In this document: piece after piece, positions 1 through 12,840 of the stretch
Position numbering within the stretch: position 1 is the first letter of the stretch
How the letters are laid out: each line of letters starts with the position of its first letter
From: Squalus acanthias
Lineage: Eukaryota
NCBI GenBank assembly: GCA_030390025.1
Contig: CM059431.1
Location: forward strand, 120,220,001 to 120,284,000
Direction: 5' to 3'
Length of the DNA: 64,000 nt
Program-made: the position numbers and the translations under genes
Notes under the pieces: generated by a model
Databases searched by the model: none
Told to the model about the DNA's origin: nothing
What the model saw: the letters and a program-made list of their open reading frames with translations, nothing else

Positions 1-61
1 GGGGGGGTCACCATTGACCAGAAACTTAACTGGACCAGCTACAAGAGCAAGTGGTTATTCT

Positions 62-1275
62 AAGAACATAACATAAGAAGTAAGAGCAGGAGTAGGCCAG
101 ACGGCCCCTCGAGCCTGCTCTGCCATTCAATAAGATCATGGCTGATCATTGACCTCATCTCCACTTTCCCGCCCGATCTCCATATCCCTTGATTCCCCTA
201 GAGTCAAAAAATCTATCTATCTCAGCCTTGAATATACTCAAAGACTCAGCATTCACAGCCCTCTGGGGCAGAGAATTCCAAAGATTCACAACCCTCTGAA
301 TGAAGAAATTCCTCCTCATCTCAGTCTTAAATGACCTACCCCTTATCCTGAGACTATGCCCCCTAGTTCTAGACACTCCAGCCAGGGGAAACAGCCTCTC
401 AGCATCTACCCTGTCAATCCCCTTCAAAATCTTGTATGTTTCAATGAGATCACCTCTCATTCTTCTAAACTCCAGAGAGTATAGGCCCATTCTACACAAT
501 CTCTCATCATAGGACAGCCCTCTCATCCCAGGAATCAATCTAGTGAACCTTTGTTGCACCTCCTCCAAGGCAAGTATATCCTTCCTTAGATAAGGAGACC
601 AAAACTGTGCACAGTACTCCAGGTGTGGTCTCCCCAAGGCCCTGTACAATTGTAGCAAGACTTCCTTACTCTTATACTCCAATCCTCTTGCAATAAAGGT
701 CAACATGCCACTTGTCTGCCTTATTGCTTGCTGTACCTGCATGCTAGCTTTCTGTGTTTCTTGCACGAGGACACCCAAATCTCTCTGAACACCAACATTT
801 GAAAGTTTCTCACCATTTAAAAAATATTTGTTTTTTCTATTCTTCCAACCAAAGTGAATAATCTCACATTTCCCTACATTATACTCCATCTGCCACCTTA
901 TTGCCCACTCACTTCGTCTATCTATATCCCTTTGCAGACTCTTTGTGTTCTCCTCACAGCTTACTGTCCCACCTAGCTTTGTATCATCAGCATAATTGGA
1001 TACATTAACTTGGACCCTTCATCTAGGTCGTTAATATAGATTGTAAATAGCTGAGGCTCCAACACTGATCCTTGCGGCACCCCACCAGTTACAGCCTGCC
1101 AACCTGAAAAAAATCCGTTTATCCCTACTCTCTGGTTTCTGTCCGTTAACCAATCCTCTATCCATGCTACTATTATACCCCCAACCCCATGAGCCCTAAT
1201 CTTGTGTAATAACCTTTTATGTGGCACCTTATAGAATGCCTTTTGGAAATCCAAATATACTACATCCACTGGTTC
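62..1275 (-). mobile_element. CR1 (HER1-like) LINE, 5'-truncated RT/3' end
   Basis: ORFs 973-1269 ([22 protein letters not shown]) and 155-889 (RPHLEYCAQFWSP..RRMRGDLIETYKIL) are CR1 RT and C-terminus. Shark-type 3' tail with short repeats at ~62-150. It splits another LINE (1-50 continues at 1276). Confidence 0.92.
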
Positions 1276-1860
1276 TGCGGCGAGTGTCTTACCTTCTGAC
1301 TCCCCAAAGCCTTCCCACCATCTACAAGGTATAAGTCAGGAGTGTGACGGAATACTCTCCACTTGCCTGGATGAGTGCAGCTCCAACAACACTCAAGAAG
1401 CTCGACACCATCCAGGACAAAGCAGCCCGCTTGATTGGCACCCCATCCACCACCTTAAACATTCACTCCCTGCACCACCGGCGCACCATGGCTGCAGTGT
1501 GTACCATCTACAAGATGTACTGCAGCAGCTCGCCAAGGCTTCTTCGGCAGCACCTCCCAAACCTGTGATCTCTACCGCCTAGAAGGACAAAGGCAGCAGG
1601 TGCATGAGAACACCACCAGCTGCAAGTTCCCCTTCAAGTTACACACCATCCTGACTTGGAAATATATCGCCGTTCCTTCATCATTGCTGGGACAAAATCC
1701 TGGATCTCCCTCCCTAACAGCACTGTGGGAGTACCTTCACCACACGGACTGCAGCGATTCAAGAAGGTGGCTGATCACCACCTTCTCAAGGGCAATTAGG
1801 GATGGGCAATAAATGCCGGCCTTGCCAGCGACGCCCACATCCTAGGAACGAATAAAAAAA
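1276..1860 (+). mobile_element. CR1-group (Crack/L2-like) LINE 3' fragment
   Basis: EYSPLAWMSAAPTTLKKLDTIQDKAARLIG. The 3' UTR and A tail match the long copy at 63300-63875. Confidence 0.85.
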
Positions 1861-2191
1861 ACAGAGCAAAAACATCATGACAAATGCTGTTCTTTTAAAA
1901 TGTACAATTGCAATTATTGTTATAGGTGGCAGCTCTTGTTCCATTTCATGAGGAGAAAGTCAAGGTGCCCAGCTCAGAAAGACTAATGCATCCTTGCAGT
2001 TCACAGAAATCGACTCAATGTTGCCACTCATCCCTGGCATTCAGTCAAAAATGTTTCCAAATGGGGTTGATGAATGTCATTACACATGAACATCTGACTG
2101 TTGTGGTTTTTCACATTGCTCTCTTCACATAAAAACCTCAAAACAAGTAACAAATTGCCATAACCATGCCAGTTTTACCACAGTATATATT

Positions 2192-2956
2192 TGCCCAGAA
2201 ATTCGCCTCTCCGGCTTGCCGCGGGGGTAAGGATCGAGCGCGCTCTTACCTACCGCGCCTGCCGTTGAGTTTTGGGCCCACGGGAACTTCAGCTCCTGGT
2301 CCTGCTCCAAGTGCCGGCGCGCAGTGCTTGCGTGTCCCAGGGGCGTAGTTAGTGCGATGCGTCCCCTGGGATCACGTGGGCCATGGAGAGCCAATGGCAG
2401 CAGACCATCTTTCATTCATAGATTTGACAGGAGACCTGTCAAATCTGTGAATTGAAATCGGCTTCAAAAGAACAGCTAAACTTAAAATATATTTTTTTTA
2501 AAAACCATCACATTTATAAAATAACTATAGTTAAATAAATTAACCACTTTAAACAAAAATTTAAATTTTTGAAAAAATTAAAATACTTTTTAAAAGTGAT
2601 AAAAATAAACTTACCTTTCTTTAAAGTATCTAAAAAAGATAAACCTGTTGAAAAAATTTTAAAATTACACTTAATTAACCACTTACCTTTTTGAAAACGG
2701 GTCTTGCGCCTCCTTTTTAATAGCGTAGTTTCTTCAATACTTACCCTCGCGTAGAAACCTGAAAAAAAATCTAAGTTTGCTGCGTGCGCGCAGCCTCTAC
2801 CGCGCACGCGGTTCACCTAGGAACCGCCCCCTTCATCATACCAGAAGTTCCGGTTTCCCACGCATGCGCAGTGCATGCAGGAAACCGGCACTTCGGGACG
2901 CAGTACGGGTGAGTACGCACTGTGTACTCACCCGGGAAGGGCCGAATTTTTGGCCC
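2192..2956. mobile_element. Non-autonomous Harbinger-like MITE (copy A)
   Basis: Termini gcccagaaattcg / cgaatttttggccc are inverted repeats. Flanks att/aat. A near-colinear second copy lies at 53577-54307. Confidence 0.8.
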
Positions 2957-3650
2957 AATATGTTATTATTGTGCTGTAGAAAAAGTTTACGAGACTTCTC
3001 AGGTCATGTTGGGGTACAATAAAGATTATAGCCAAGATTTTGCGCTGTGATAGAACTCCTTAGAACTGTAGTTCGGCCTGGAGCTGCCTTGTCTATAGGA
3101 TCAACTGCAGTGATGCAAACTCCTTTATCCAGCTGCCAACAATTGACTCAGGATTTGCTGCACATTCTGGGAGTCCATCGCCAGTGGATGGGCGTTCTAA
3201 TCGAACCAGCGCAGACCCCCAGTTGCATTTAACTATTCTAGGTATTCCCATCTCTGATTGAGAGATTTTCTCAAGTGGGAGGGGGGAGGAACGGTGTGCT
3301 GCGGCAGGATTTAAATGCCTGCAACAGCTTAAAGAACCTGGCTTTGTCAAGAGAATGGTCGGAATTTTCTGTACCTGGGCGGTTCGGGGGCGGGCGGTCG
3401 CCGTGGCAGGTCATGACCCCGTTCGTCATTCCATCCCGTTGCTGAGATCGACTTTCCGTTTATGGCGCCTATTAAGGCCACCCTGCGCATTACTCAGCCC
3501 TATTAAATGGTGCGGGTCTGATGACATCATTGATGACGCGTTATCAGCCGGGATATTTAAAGGAGCCACGGCCACATTGCATTTGAAAATTCATCGAGAA
3601 TAGTGAAGCCACTACACTGCACCATTGGAGTGTTCCAAACAGTGCTAGAC

Positions 3651-6000
3651 ATGATTGTACAGCGACAGAGGGCTGCACCCAGGTTCTTCGATGACTCCCT
3701 CCATACGCTTATGGAGGGAGTGAGAGCACGCAGGGAGGTTCTCTTCCCTTCCGATGGGCAGAAGAGATCTCCCTAGCAGACCAAAGGAGCTTGGCTCCAA
3801 ATAGCAGAGGAGGTCAACAGCAGGGATGTTGTCAGGAGGACCTGGCTGCAGTGCCGCAAATGTTTCAATGATCTCATTAGATCAGGAAAGGCGAATACAA
3901 AGCCACACTCAACTTCATCCTGCTGTGCCTCTCACCTGATTGCCATCACTCTGCCTTCCCAACCCTATTCCTGCATATCCTTGCGCACACCAGCATACCT
4001 TGCACGTCCACACATCCCTCTCTCTCTATCTAAATTATCACATCCCCATCTGACTAACCACCCCTCACACTCACCCTCATGCAATCATACCAACTAACAA
4101 CACACAAGGAGGCCACTTGGCATTGCTACCCCACTCCATCATAATCACCCTCTAAAGATGTAACGGATCCATTCTTTACACTCATTCCATCACTCTCACT
4201 CAACCTTCTCTTCTTTCCCTCCTTGCGGGAAAAGGGAGCCCATAATAAGGGGGAGAGAACCGAAGGTGGCCTTCCTTCCTTCGCCACCTTAACAGCAGCA
4301 GAGGAGGTTGCGTTGGAAATATCTGGAGTCGCTGAGCAGCTGGAGGTGAGAGATGGAGAGAGGGGGACATCTCAGCAACCTGGTGACTGAATTACATCTT
4401 ATACAGCCACATGGCATACTGCAGTCACTCGTTTTTTTATATATATACATTTGCGGGATGTGGGTGCATTTATTGCCCATCCCTAATTGCCCTTGAGAAG
4501 GTGGTGGCGAGCCACCTTCTTGAATACAACTGAGTGGTTTGCTCAGCCATTTCAGAGGGCAGTTAAGAGTCAACCACATTGCTGTGGGTCTGGAGTCACA
4601 TTTAGGCCAGACTGGGTAAGGACAGCAGATTTCCTTCCCTAAAGGACATTAGTGAACCAGATGGGTTTTTACAACAATCCGGTAGTTTCATGGTCACCAT
4701 TTCTGATACTAGTATTTTATTCCAGATTTATTTAATTGAATTTAAATTCCCCAGCTTGAACTTCAAACTTGAGTCTCTGGATCATTAGTCCAGACCTCTG
4801 GATTACTAGTCTAGTAACATAACCACTATGCTACTGTACCCTGTAAGGGGACTGATGTCAGCAGCCAGTGAATGGTCATTGTGTGCATAATGGTATCTGT
4901 ACCCATTCTTGATATGACATATCTAACTCATCTCTTTACTCTTGCACAGGTCCTTCACACCACACCCCCCCCCACCACAGCCACCCGCACACCCCACCCA
5001 CCCACCACCCCCCCCCCCGCCCTCCACTGTCCAGGAGGAAGAGGAAGACAGCTCTTCAGAGGAGCTTCCAGCCTCTGAGGGCGCACCATCACCAGACATA
5101 TTTGCACCCAGCACCAGCGCAGATATGCACACCTCGGTGGGTGCCAAGCGAGATAGAGTAGTGTTGTCAGCTGGTGTCTCACAACTCACAAGTGAGCAAG
5201 AGCAGATGGTGGAGACAAGGACAGCAGTGGGGACTCCTCGCCGGAGGGCGCAGGACGCTCCCAGCTCTGCTCAGCTGCAGGCAGACGCTGAGCCTCGGGG
5301 GTCATCCAGAAAGAGGGCGACCCTGGAGGTGCAGGAAGAAGTGCAGGAGCTTTGACAGGTTTTGCGACTGCGATGTCTGCAAATGTGCAGAGAATGGAGG
5401 AGTCCATCTCCAACATGAGCACCACTGTGTCACAGGCGATGGCGACTGCAGGCTCTTCCATGGAAAGGATGGCCACCTGCATGGAGCAGCTAATGCACCA
5501 CTCACATGAGCACATGGTCTCTATGGAGAATAGATGACTATCTATGGAGAATAGATGGCAGACGCTAATAGACCTCCTGTCTAGGAGTGATGTCAATGTA
5601 GATGTGGGTCCTCATGGCCCCACTGCTGTGCAGCTCTCCAGCTCCTTGCTAGCAGGGAAGTTGATTGGCCCATGAGAGGGATGATGGTGAGAGGGGACAT
5701 GGAAGTGGGGGCTCCTCTCAAAGCGCTCACACTTCTCCCCCATTGCCCAACCCCTCAGTCAGAGCCCCAGATAGCTCCTCGGATCCCGATGGCCGAGTCT
5801 GCCCCTGCACAGTCGCAGGAGGAGCAGACTTTGGCGGGCCCATCACAGGCTCCAAAACCCAGAGGACGTCCACCAAAAGTGTCTATGCAGTCACAGCAGG
5901 GAAGAGAGCAGGCTGCCTCTACCTCTGCTGAAGGCACAGGGGTAGCACCTCGTAGAAGCACGCATAAGAGAAAGATGAAACACCATTATATGCACAAGGG
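3651..6000 (+). pseudogene. Harbinger Myb/SANT-like accessory gene, multi-exon, disrupted
   Basis: 3651-3890 translates MIVQRQRAAPRFFDDSLHTLMEGVRARREVLFP..*..WLQIAEEVNSRDVVRRTWLQCRKCFNDL (Myb/SANT-like, NAIF1-type). Further putative exons at ~4229-4381 and ~4950-6000. Confidence 0.8.
4432..4841 (-). mobile_element. Bipartite SINE-like element (tRNA-like LINE head + LINE tail)
   Basis: On the minus strand, 4841-4525 matches LINE 5' region 60776-61077 and 4525-4432 matches LINE tail 63771-63875. Inserted in an intron of the Myb-like gene. Confidence 0.8.
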
Positions 6001-6259
6001 TAGCCACTTTGGAGTTTTAATAAATGTTTGTGTAAAGTTTCAATTACTGTGATATAACAGCTAAAAATATTTATTTTCCCCACTCTCATGGACAAATTTG
6101 TGTGCAACATTGGAAGTAGCTTAGTGAGTTGGAGTGAATGGTGAGATATAATGTTCCCTCCAGCAGTGGTGGTCAGTTTGAAAGGAACGCTTTATGGTAT
6201 TGCTGTGGGGTGGTGGGAACCTGGCAAAGCATGTGGCAGTTATATGGTTTTAATGCGTG

Positions 6260-7493
6260 AAGTTAAGTAAATCTGGCCATGATGAGGTCATCCCATGCCT
6301 CCCGGGCAGCAATGTGCTCAGGTGCTGGTGGGATCTGGACCGCAGGTTCCTCCTGATCCTCCTCCTCCTCATCTTCCAGCTGATGGTCCTCTTGCTCCTG
6401 CTCCTCCTCTTCCTCCTCTGAAGATGCTGTGCGCTCAGTGCCTTGCTCTTCATGAAGCGCTAACCCTCACTGCTGTGCTATGTTGTGCAGGGCGCAGCAG
6501 ACCATGAAAATTCTAGATAATATGGCTGGTAAACTCCTCCAGATCTGTCAAGGCATCTGAAGTGCATTTTCAGCATGCCTACTGTCTGCTCTATGACATA
6601 GCTGGTGGAAATGTGGCTTTCATTATATCTCTCCTGGGCCTTAGTACTTGGCCTCCTCAAGGGTGTCATGAGTCACGTCTTCAGTGGATAGCCCTTGTCT
6701 CCAAGCAGCCAGCCGGAAAGTCTGTTTGGAGGAGCGAAGAGCTGAGGGAGGGTGGACTGGCGAAGGACGAAAGAGTCATGGCAGCTGCCAGGGAATTTGG
6801 CGCACACATGCATGATGATCTTCCTATGGTTGCAGACCAGCTGCACATTGAGGGAGTGGAAGCCCTTGCAGTTCACAAACACTCCTGGGTGATGATGGGG
6901 TGCCCTGATGGCCACATGATTGCAGTCGATGATGCCCTGCACTCGTGGGAAGCCAGCCAGAGCAGCAAAGGCCACTCAGTAACACTGGCTTCATCAGTGG
7001 CAAAGTTGATACAATTGGCTGACTTGTCAAAGAGGGCGTCGGTGACCTGAGTGATGCATCGCTGGGTGACCGACTGTTAGATGCCGCAAATGTCTGCTGC
7101 AGATCCCTGGAAGGAGCCTGAGCTGAAGAAGTTGCAGGTGCTGGTGACTTTGACAGCCACTGTCAAGGCGTGTCCACCCGCTCCTCTGGGCTGCAGGTCT
7201 TGCTCCAGTAAGCTGCAAATGTCTGTGACGACCAGGCGTGATAGCCTGAGCCTCCTTTGGCACTGCTGCTCAGTCATGTTGAGGAAGCTCATCCTCTGCC
7301 TGTATACCCTGTGTTGGGGGTATCGCCTCTGGCGTGGTGCAGCCCTGCGCTGATGGCCGCTGTGCTGTGGAGCATCAGGTGGTGGAGGAGAAGGTTGGTG
7401 ATGTTGTTGTTGGTGCTGCTGGTGTGTCTGGTGTTGGGGCTCATCATGGTCCGATTCTGAAGACCAAGGTGAGACAATATAAACGGCACCCAT
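6260..7493 (-). pseudogene. Harbinger (HARBI1-like) DDE transposase, frameshifted
   Basis: [48 protein letters not shown] and IEQTVGMLKMHFRCLD motifs split over several frames. Confidence 0.9.
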
Positions 7494-9339
7494 GCTGATG
7501 TAATAGATGGTAGGTCAAGTAGAGATCAGAGGAGCAATCTGTCATCTGTCAATGGTGTGATAGTTGGTACCAATGAGGTGGCAGTGGATCCCGACTTTGC
7601 TGAAAAGACTTGCAACCTCCAGAAAGCTAAATCTGTGCTGACAATGCAGTCACAAAAGCATCTGCCTTAGGAAAGTACCCAGGTGTCAGGTGAGAGTTTT
7701 TATTGTACTTTTCATGCTGTGCACTAATGAGCTGGATGAATGGCCACTCAACTTTTGCCTCAGGTTCACAGACGTGGTTCCCGAGCTGAGTGATTCCCGT
7801 GCTCATCCACGGAAGTTTGAAAGGTAGGGTTAAAAAGACTCCAAAGGGCCTGACAAGTACCTCACAATCATTTGAATTAGCTCGACCGCCTCTGCCGTTT
7901 GGGTCACTGCCTCACTGGCAAACGCGCCCGAGGGAAAGGTGCATGGGGGCAGGATGATGGTGGGGTCCTGACCTGCTCCAACTTATTTCAAATTTCCCAC
8001 CCGACCTGCCTCCAATCACACCCGCATGGATGCCAGAAAATTCCAGCCAATATCTTTTTGACTAGGCTGATTGCAAGGCATCACAGTTCTCTCATAAGTC
8101 TTACAAGTCTACTGTAGGGTGCAGAGCACATCCCCTCCCTCAAACTATCCAAAGTGCCAGTAGAACTGCTGCTGGCCCAAATCAGGATGAGAAAGGAGGA
8201 CCTGTTTGGGACAGAGAAGAAAAGCAGTAGAAGGGAATTGTAGAACAAGCTGGCCATGGGATCGAGTGTCACCCCGAATGCTCCTTCATGGCTATTCAGT
8301 TCTACAAGACATTTAATGACATTAACAGATCAGAAGGTAAGAAAAGTCATCCACACGTTCCAAGGATGCACAGACTAAACATGTTTGCCACTTACAACCA
8401 CCACCTCCTATGCACCATGTTGAAGTGCTTCAAAAGTTTACCATTAACGTTTCGAAGTTTCTGTGGAGTACTATATACTCCCGATCTTTACCTGTAAGTG
8501 TCCTTCACTCACAATCTGGGAAAGCAGCCCATTAAAAGCACCACACAATATGTGATTGCTTGTTTTAGGCACCTATCATCACTCCATGATTGTTCACCTA
8601 CTGACAAACAGAAAGCATTCTCACTTTTTGCATTCTTCTTAAAGGAGAAGACAGTCTATAGCATTAGAGAGAGATTAACCACAGCTGGTGGTTCCCTCAA
8701 CCTCCAGACTCTCATCTCCCTCTGAGGAGAAAGCCTTGGAGATCCTGGAAAGGCAGATAGGAGAAGGAGTTTCAAATGGGGAAGCTGGATGGCAGGTACG
8801 AACTGGAGGTTTACCATGACATTCTGCTTCTGTTTATTCTCATGCTATTGAACCACGCAAAACCTGACAGCATGCTACCTTGTGAAATTCTCATGTAACT
8901 CCTACTGAAAGCTACATTTGAACTCATAAGCAGGGGATTGCCGACAGTGGAAGATAAGGAGGTAGACGGTGTTGATCTGAGGGTCAGGACATGTCCACCT
9001 CTGCTGAAGAGCCTTGGGACCCATATCTCACAGGTCATGTTTGTAAAAGAAGGGGGTTTTCAGAGCATCAGATGAAAGCACAGGCACTGGCGATGGACTC
9101 CCAGAATGTGCAGCAAATGCCGAGTCAATTGGTGGCAGCTGCGTCACTGTGATGAAGGAGTTTGCATCCCTGTAGCTGATCCTATTGACAAGGCAGCTCC
9201 AGGCCGATCTGCAGCAGAGCGCCAACCCCTCCCGGCAAAGACCCTAAGGACAGTCAGTTTCTGGCAAGTACGTCCAGACTGCTCCCATAGAGGCCTAGGA
9301 ACAAGATTCAAATAGGCTAACCCTTCCAGCTTCCAAGAT

Positions 9340-9478
9340 TCCAAGGAATTATTGGAATTAACGGATATGGGGATAGTGCGACAAGGTGGATTTGAGATGG
9401 AAGATAAGCCATGATCTTATTGAATGGCGGAGCAGGCTCGAGGGGCCAAATGGCCTACTCCTGCTCCTGTTTCTTATA
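9340..9478 (+). mobile_element. CR1/HER1 3' tail fragment
   Basis: cagccatgatcttattgaatggcggagcaggctcgaggggccaaatggcctactcctgctcct-type tail. Confidence 0.75.
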
Positions 9479-10489
9479 TTAATAACTGTATTTTTGGGGG
9501 TTTTGACAGTCTGGAAGTGGGTATTTTGTATAGAATTTTCTTCACCAGTATCAGTTGCCTGGAATTTCCTCAGAGCTGTCATAACTTTGCAGTAAGTCTG
9601 GCAAAAAGCCAGTTTAGGCACATAAGCGGGATTTCTGCCGCACTTCTGGCAAAATTAACGAGCCGGGGCGAGAGCAGCTCTGAGGAAATTCGAGACCATA
9701 ATGAATGAGGCGTGTTGTCCACAATCCACTGTCCACAGTCATGCAGCTAGATTCTCCTATGAATTGCCGCCTGATTTGGGGTAGATTGGGGCATAAAATG
9801 GTGTAAAATACGTTAATGAAGGTTACCACCTCAAAAGTGCCTCTAAAAACTGCACCACTTCAAACTCTCCTGGAAAAATCACCCGTCCTCTTTAAGGGCC
9901 ACCGGAAGCCCAATCAGCTAACTGTAAATGGGGTCACAGGGGCATAGGTAACCCTTCCGACCTATTTTCTCCAACCTCCACCTCAGTAAGGTATCACTGA
10001 GGCAGATTTCACATTCACACAGCCATTTTGTGGGCTGCTACTGAAGGTTAGTGTCTGCATTTTGAACTCGAGTATTTTGGAGGTTTAGTTAAGTCTTTTG
10101 CTGCTAGTTTTACGTCAGAAGGACACCACTTTTGCACCCCTGCCCAAAAAATAAAGTCATAGAAAGTTCAGGCCCTGACAATAAAAGCAGTTTATTTCAA
10201 ATCTGATTAAAAAAAAATTCCCATACTGAAATACATCTATTTCTGATGTAAATTCGATAAGTAGTGGGTGCAGTGTCCTTCCCACCTACCCAATGACGTC
10301 TGTAGAAGGACCGAGCGATTTCTGTGATCGGGGCTCACCTCAATACAGGAGGTCAGCTGCCAGCACGAATCCCTCTGTTTATTGACCGCTCACCATTTGG
10401 GAGGGCAGTAATCCAGTAGGGCAGAGACAGAAGTGGGCCTGTGGCAGCACCTCAGCGGAAAGGGTTAAAAAATAGTCAGAGGGGGGGAA

Positions 10490-10700
10490 TCAACGGAGCA
10501 GCCGATTGAAGTGGCAGGGCAACGTAGAAAGCACACCGAGCAGCAACGTCCAACCACGCCTTCTTGGTGAGAGCAGGTTTCCTCCCTCCATTGCTGGGAA
10601 AGGTATGTCCCTCCTGCACCTCACTGCAACCAGCAGTAATTCCAGGGACGCATCATTGAACCTGGGATGCTGCCCTTGCTCTCTGTGCATCCATCATGAA
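10490..10700 (-). pseudogene. Harbinger Myb-like exon remnant
   Basis: QHPRFNDASLELLLVAVRCRRDIPFP resembles the Myb-like exon at 3651. Confidence 0.55.
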
Positions 10701-10969
10701 CAATTCCTGGCTCCTACATATTCAATTTCTACATTGTCCTTTAAATAGAGTTGAGATCGCGTCATGCGGGTGTGCAACATGCCCGCTGCGCAGCTTGGAG
10801 ACGCGACACACAGAAGTGCTGAAAACAGAGAATCTGATGCGCTGACACGTATGCTTCACCCACGTAATTCCAGCCCACCGCTCAGAAGTCACCTTCACAT
10901 AAATATTGAGGCCTAGGTTATTATCAAATACATGTACAGTCATTGCAGCTTTAACAAAGCTAACAATCC

Positions 10970-12840
10970 ATAGGCACCATAGGAACACAGTCTGTGCCAC
11001 CATTCAATCAGATCATGGCTGATCTGTGCTTCCACTTCATTTACCTGCCTTTGCTCCATATCCCTTGATACCCTTACCTAATAAAAATCTATCAATCTCA
11101 TAAAATCCACATCCATTTTGCAGGAGAGAGTTCCATATTTCCATTACCCTTTGTGCGAAAAAGTACTTCCTGATTTCACACCTGAATCACATAGCTCTAA
11201 CGTCAAGATCATGCCCCCTTGTTCTGGAGTCCTCACTAGAACAAATAGCTTCTCTGTATCTATCCTAGCGAATCCTTCTGTCGTTTTAAATACTTCACCT
11301 CAATCATCCCTCAATCTTCTAAACTCAAGGGAGTACACACCAAATTTATGCAACCTGGCATCATAATTTAACCCTTTAAGCCCTGGCATCATTCTGGTGA
11401 ATCTGCGCTGTACCTCCAAGGCCAATATATCCTTCCTGAGGTGCAATACCCAAAACTGAATACAGTGCTCCAGGAGTGGTCTGATCAAGGCTCTGAGGGG
11501 GAGAAATTCAGTATCGCCCCATTTGGGGCGCAATTATCGGCCGGGCGCAAAGATTAGCGCCTGGCACTAATTATCGCCACCGACTGCAAACTTGACTTTT
11601 ATCGCCCCTGGAGGTGATTGGAGCGCTAAATCAGGCGCTTCACACCTGTCTTAAGGCGCAAAGGCCGAGGAGCGAGGCGCTACCTCAGAGCGCTGGCGAA
11701 GCTCATGTAATGTCAGTCAGCAATGGAGCACACACACAATGGCACCGGCCAGTTCTTAAAGGGGATGGTTAATCTCACTTTCCATCCACATCCTGCTAAT
11801 TGCAGCTTTGAATCTCGGCCTGGAGAGACCTGCACATCAAATCTGCTGGAAAGAACAATGGAGAGTACCAGGCAAAGAGCTCAGAGTTCAGCCCCCACAG
11901 TCTCTTCTAAATCGATACAAGGAATGGCATATCAAAATGAACCTGCAAAGTGCTGCTCAGTACCCAAAACTCCTTCACACAATGTTGAAACTCTCCAGAA
12001 GTCTCTCTCTCTCTCTCTCTCTCAGAATGCGTAGTTCAAAAATGGCACCAACAATAAAAGGCAGGAAGCGGTCACCTTTAAATAGCGCTCCCCCTTTCCC
12101 TTCATGACTGCAGAACGCTCCACTCAAACTGTCGTTGCTAGCGTCAGGCGGTAAGGCAGGGGGCGCCACTCAATATCCGACCGGGGCGATACCGGGGCGT
12201 TGCGCACTCGACTGACGTCACGATCTGCCGGTGCAGGAGATCGTGGTGGTAGTGTTTTGCGCTGCCGCAAAATGTCTAGTTAATTTCACGAGCGGCGCAA
12301 ACTTCGCCGCGCCTGGGCGCTAGATGCTTTGCGCCCCATTAGCGCCCTCTTAAGGCGCTAACGGGAGGCGCAACCAACTGAATTTTTCCCCCTGACTAAC
12401 TGAAGCACAACTTCCACCCCTTTGTGTTCCAGCCCTCTTGAGATAAAAGCCAACATTCCATTCGCCTTTGTGATTAACTTCTGTACCTGTGCACTAGCTT
12501 TTAGTGGTTTGTGTACCCAGACATCCAAATGTCTTTGCTCCCCCAGTTCCTAGTCTCTTGCCATTAGGAAAATATTCTGAGTTGTCTTTCTTGGATCCAA
12601 ATAAATACCTTACACTTGCCCATATTGGACTTAGTCTGTCTATGCTCCTTTGTAACTTCAAGCTCCCATCTATGCACCTTACTGTGCCTCCTAACTTAGT
12701 GTTATCTGCAAACTTGGATACAGAACTCACTATTCCTGCATCCAAGTCATTGATATACCTGATGAAAAGCTGAGGTCCCAGTACAGATCCCTAGCGAACG
12801 CCACTTGTCACATCTTGCCAACCAGAATACATTTCCTTTA
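10970..12840 (-). mobile_element. CR1 LINE fragment, split by MITE 11497-12392
   Basis: RPLLEHCIQFWV..LEFRRLRDD (11300-11496) resumes after 12393 with SKFADNTKLGG. Confidence 0.85.
11497..12392. mobile_element. Non-autonomous Harbinger element
   Basis: TIRs gggggagaaattcagt / actgaatttttccccc (15/16). TSD TGA on both sides. Removing it restores the CR1. Confidence 0.85.

Larger units (their letters stand above)
3357..8048. mobile_element. Structurally complete, decayed PIF/Harbinger DNA transposon
   Basis: TIRs ggtcggaattttctg (3357) and cagaaaattccagcc (8048). 3-bp TSD AAT (3354-56, 8049-51). Convergent Myb-like (+) and DDE transposase (-) genes. Confidence 0.9.
3030..9230. mobile_element. 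Older Harbinger-derived element with long inverted repeats and Myb-like remnant (host of 3357-8048); ends approximate
   Basis: 3062-3187 and 9085-9212 are ~125-bp inverted repeats. Myb/SANT-like remnant at ~8145-8336 (VELLLAQIRMRKEDLFG..QFYKTFNDINRSE) followed by GTAAG. Confidence 0.6.

Noticed and set aside
6260..7493. Host HARBI1 or NAIF1 genes
   Set aside because: Multiple frameshifted copies lie inside TIR/TSD-bounded elements, so these are transposon relics rather than domesticated genes.
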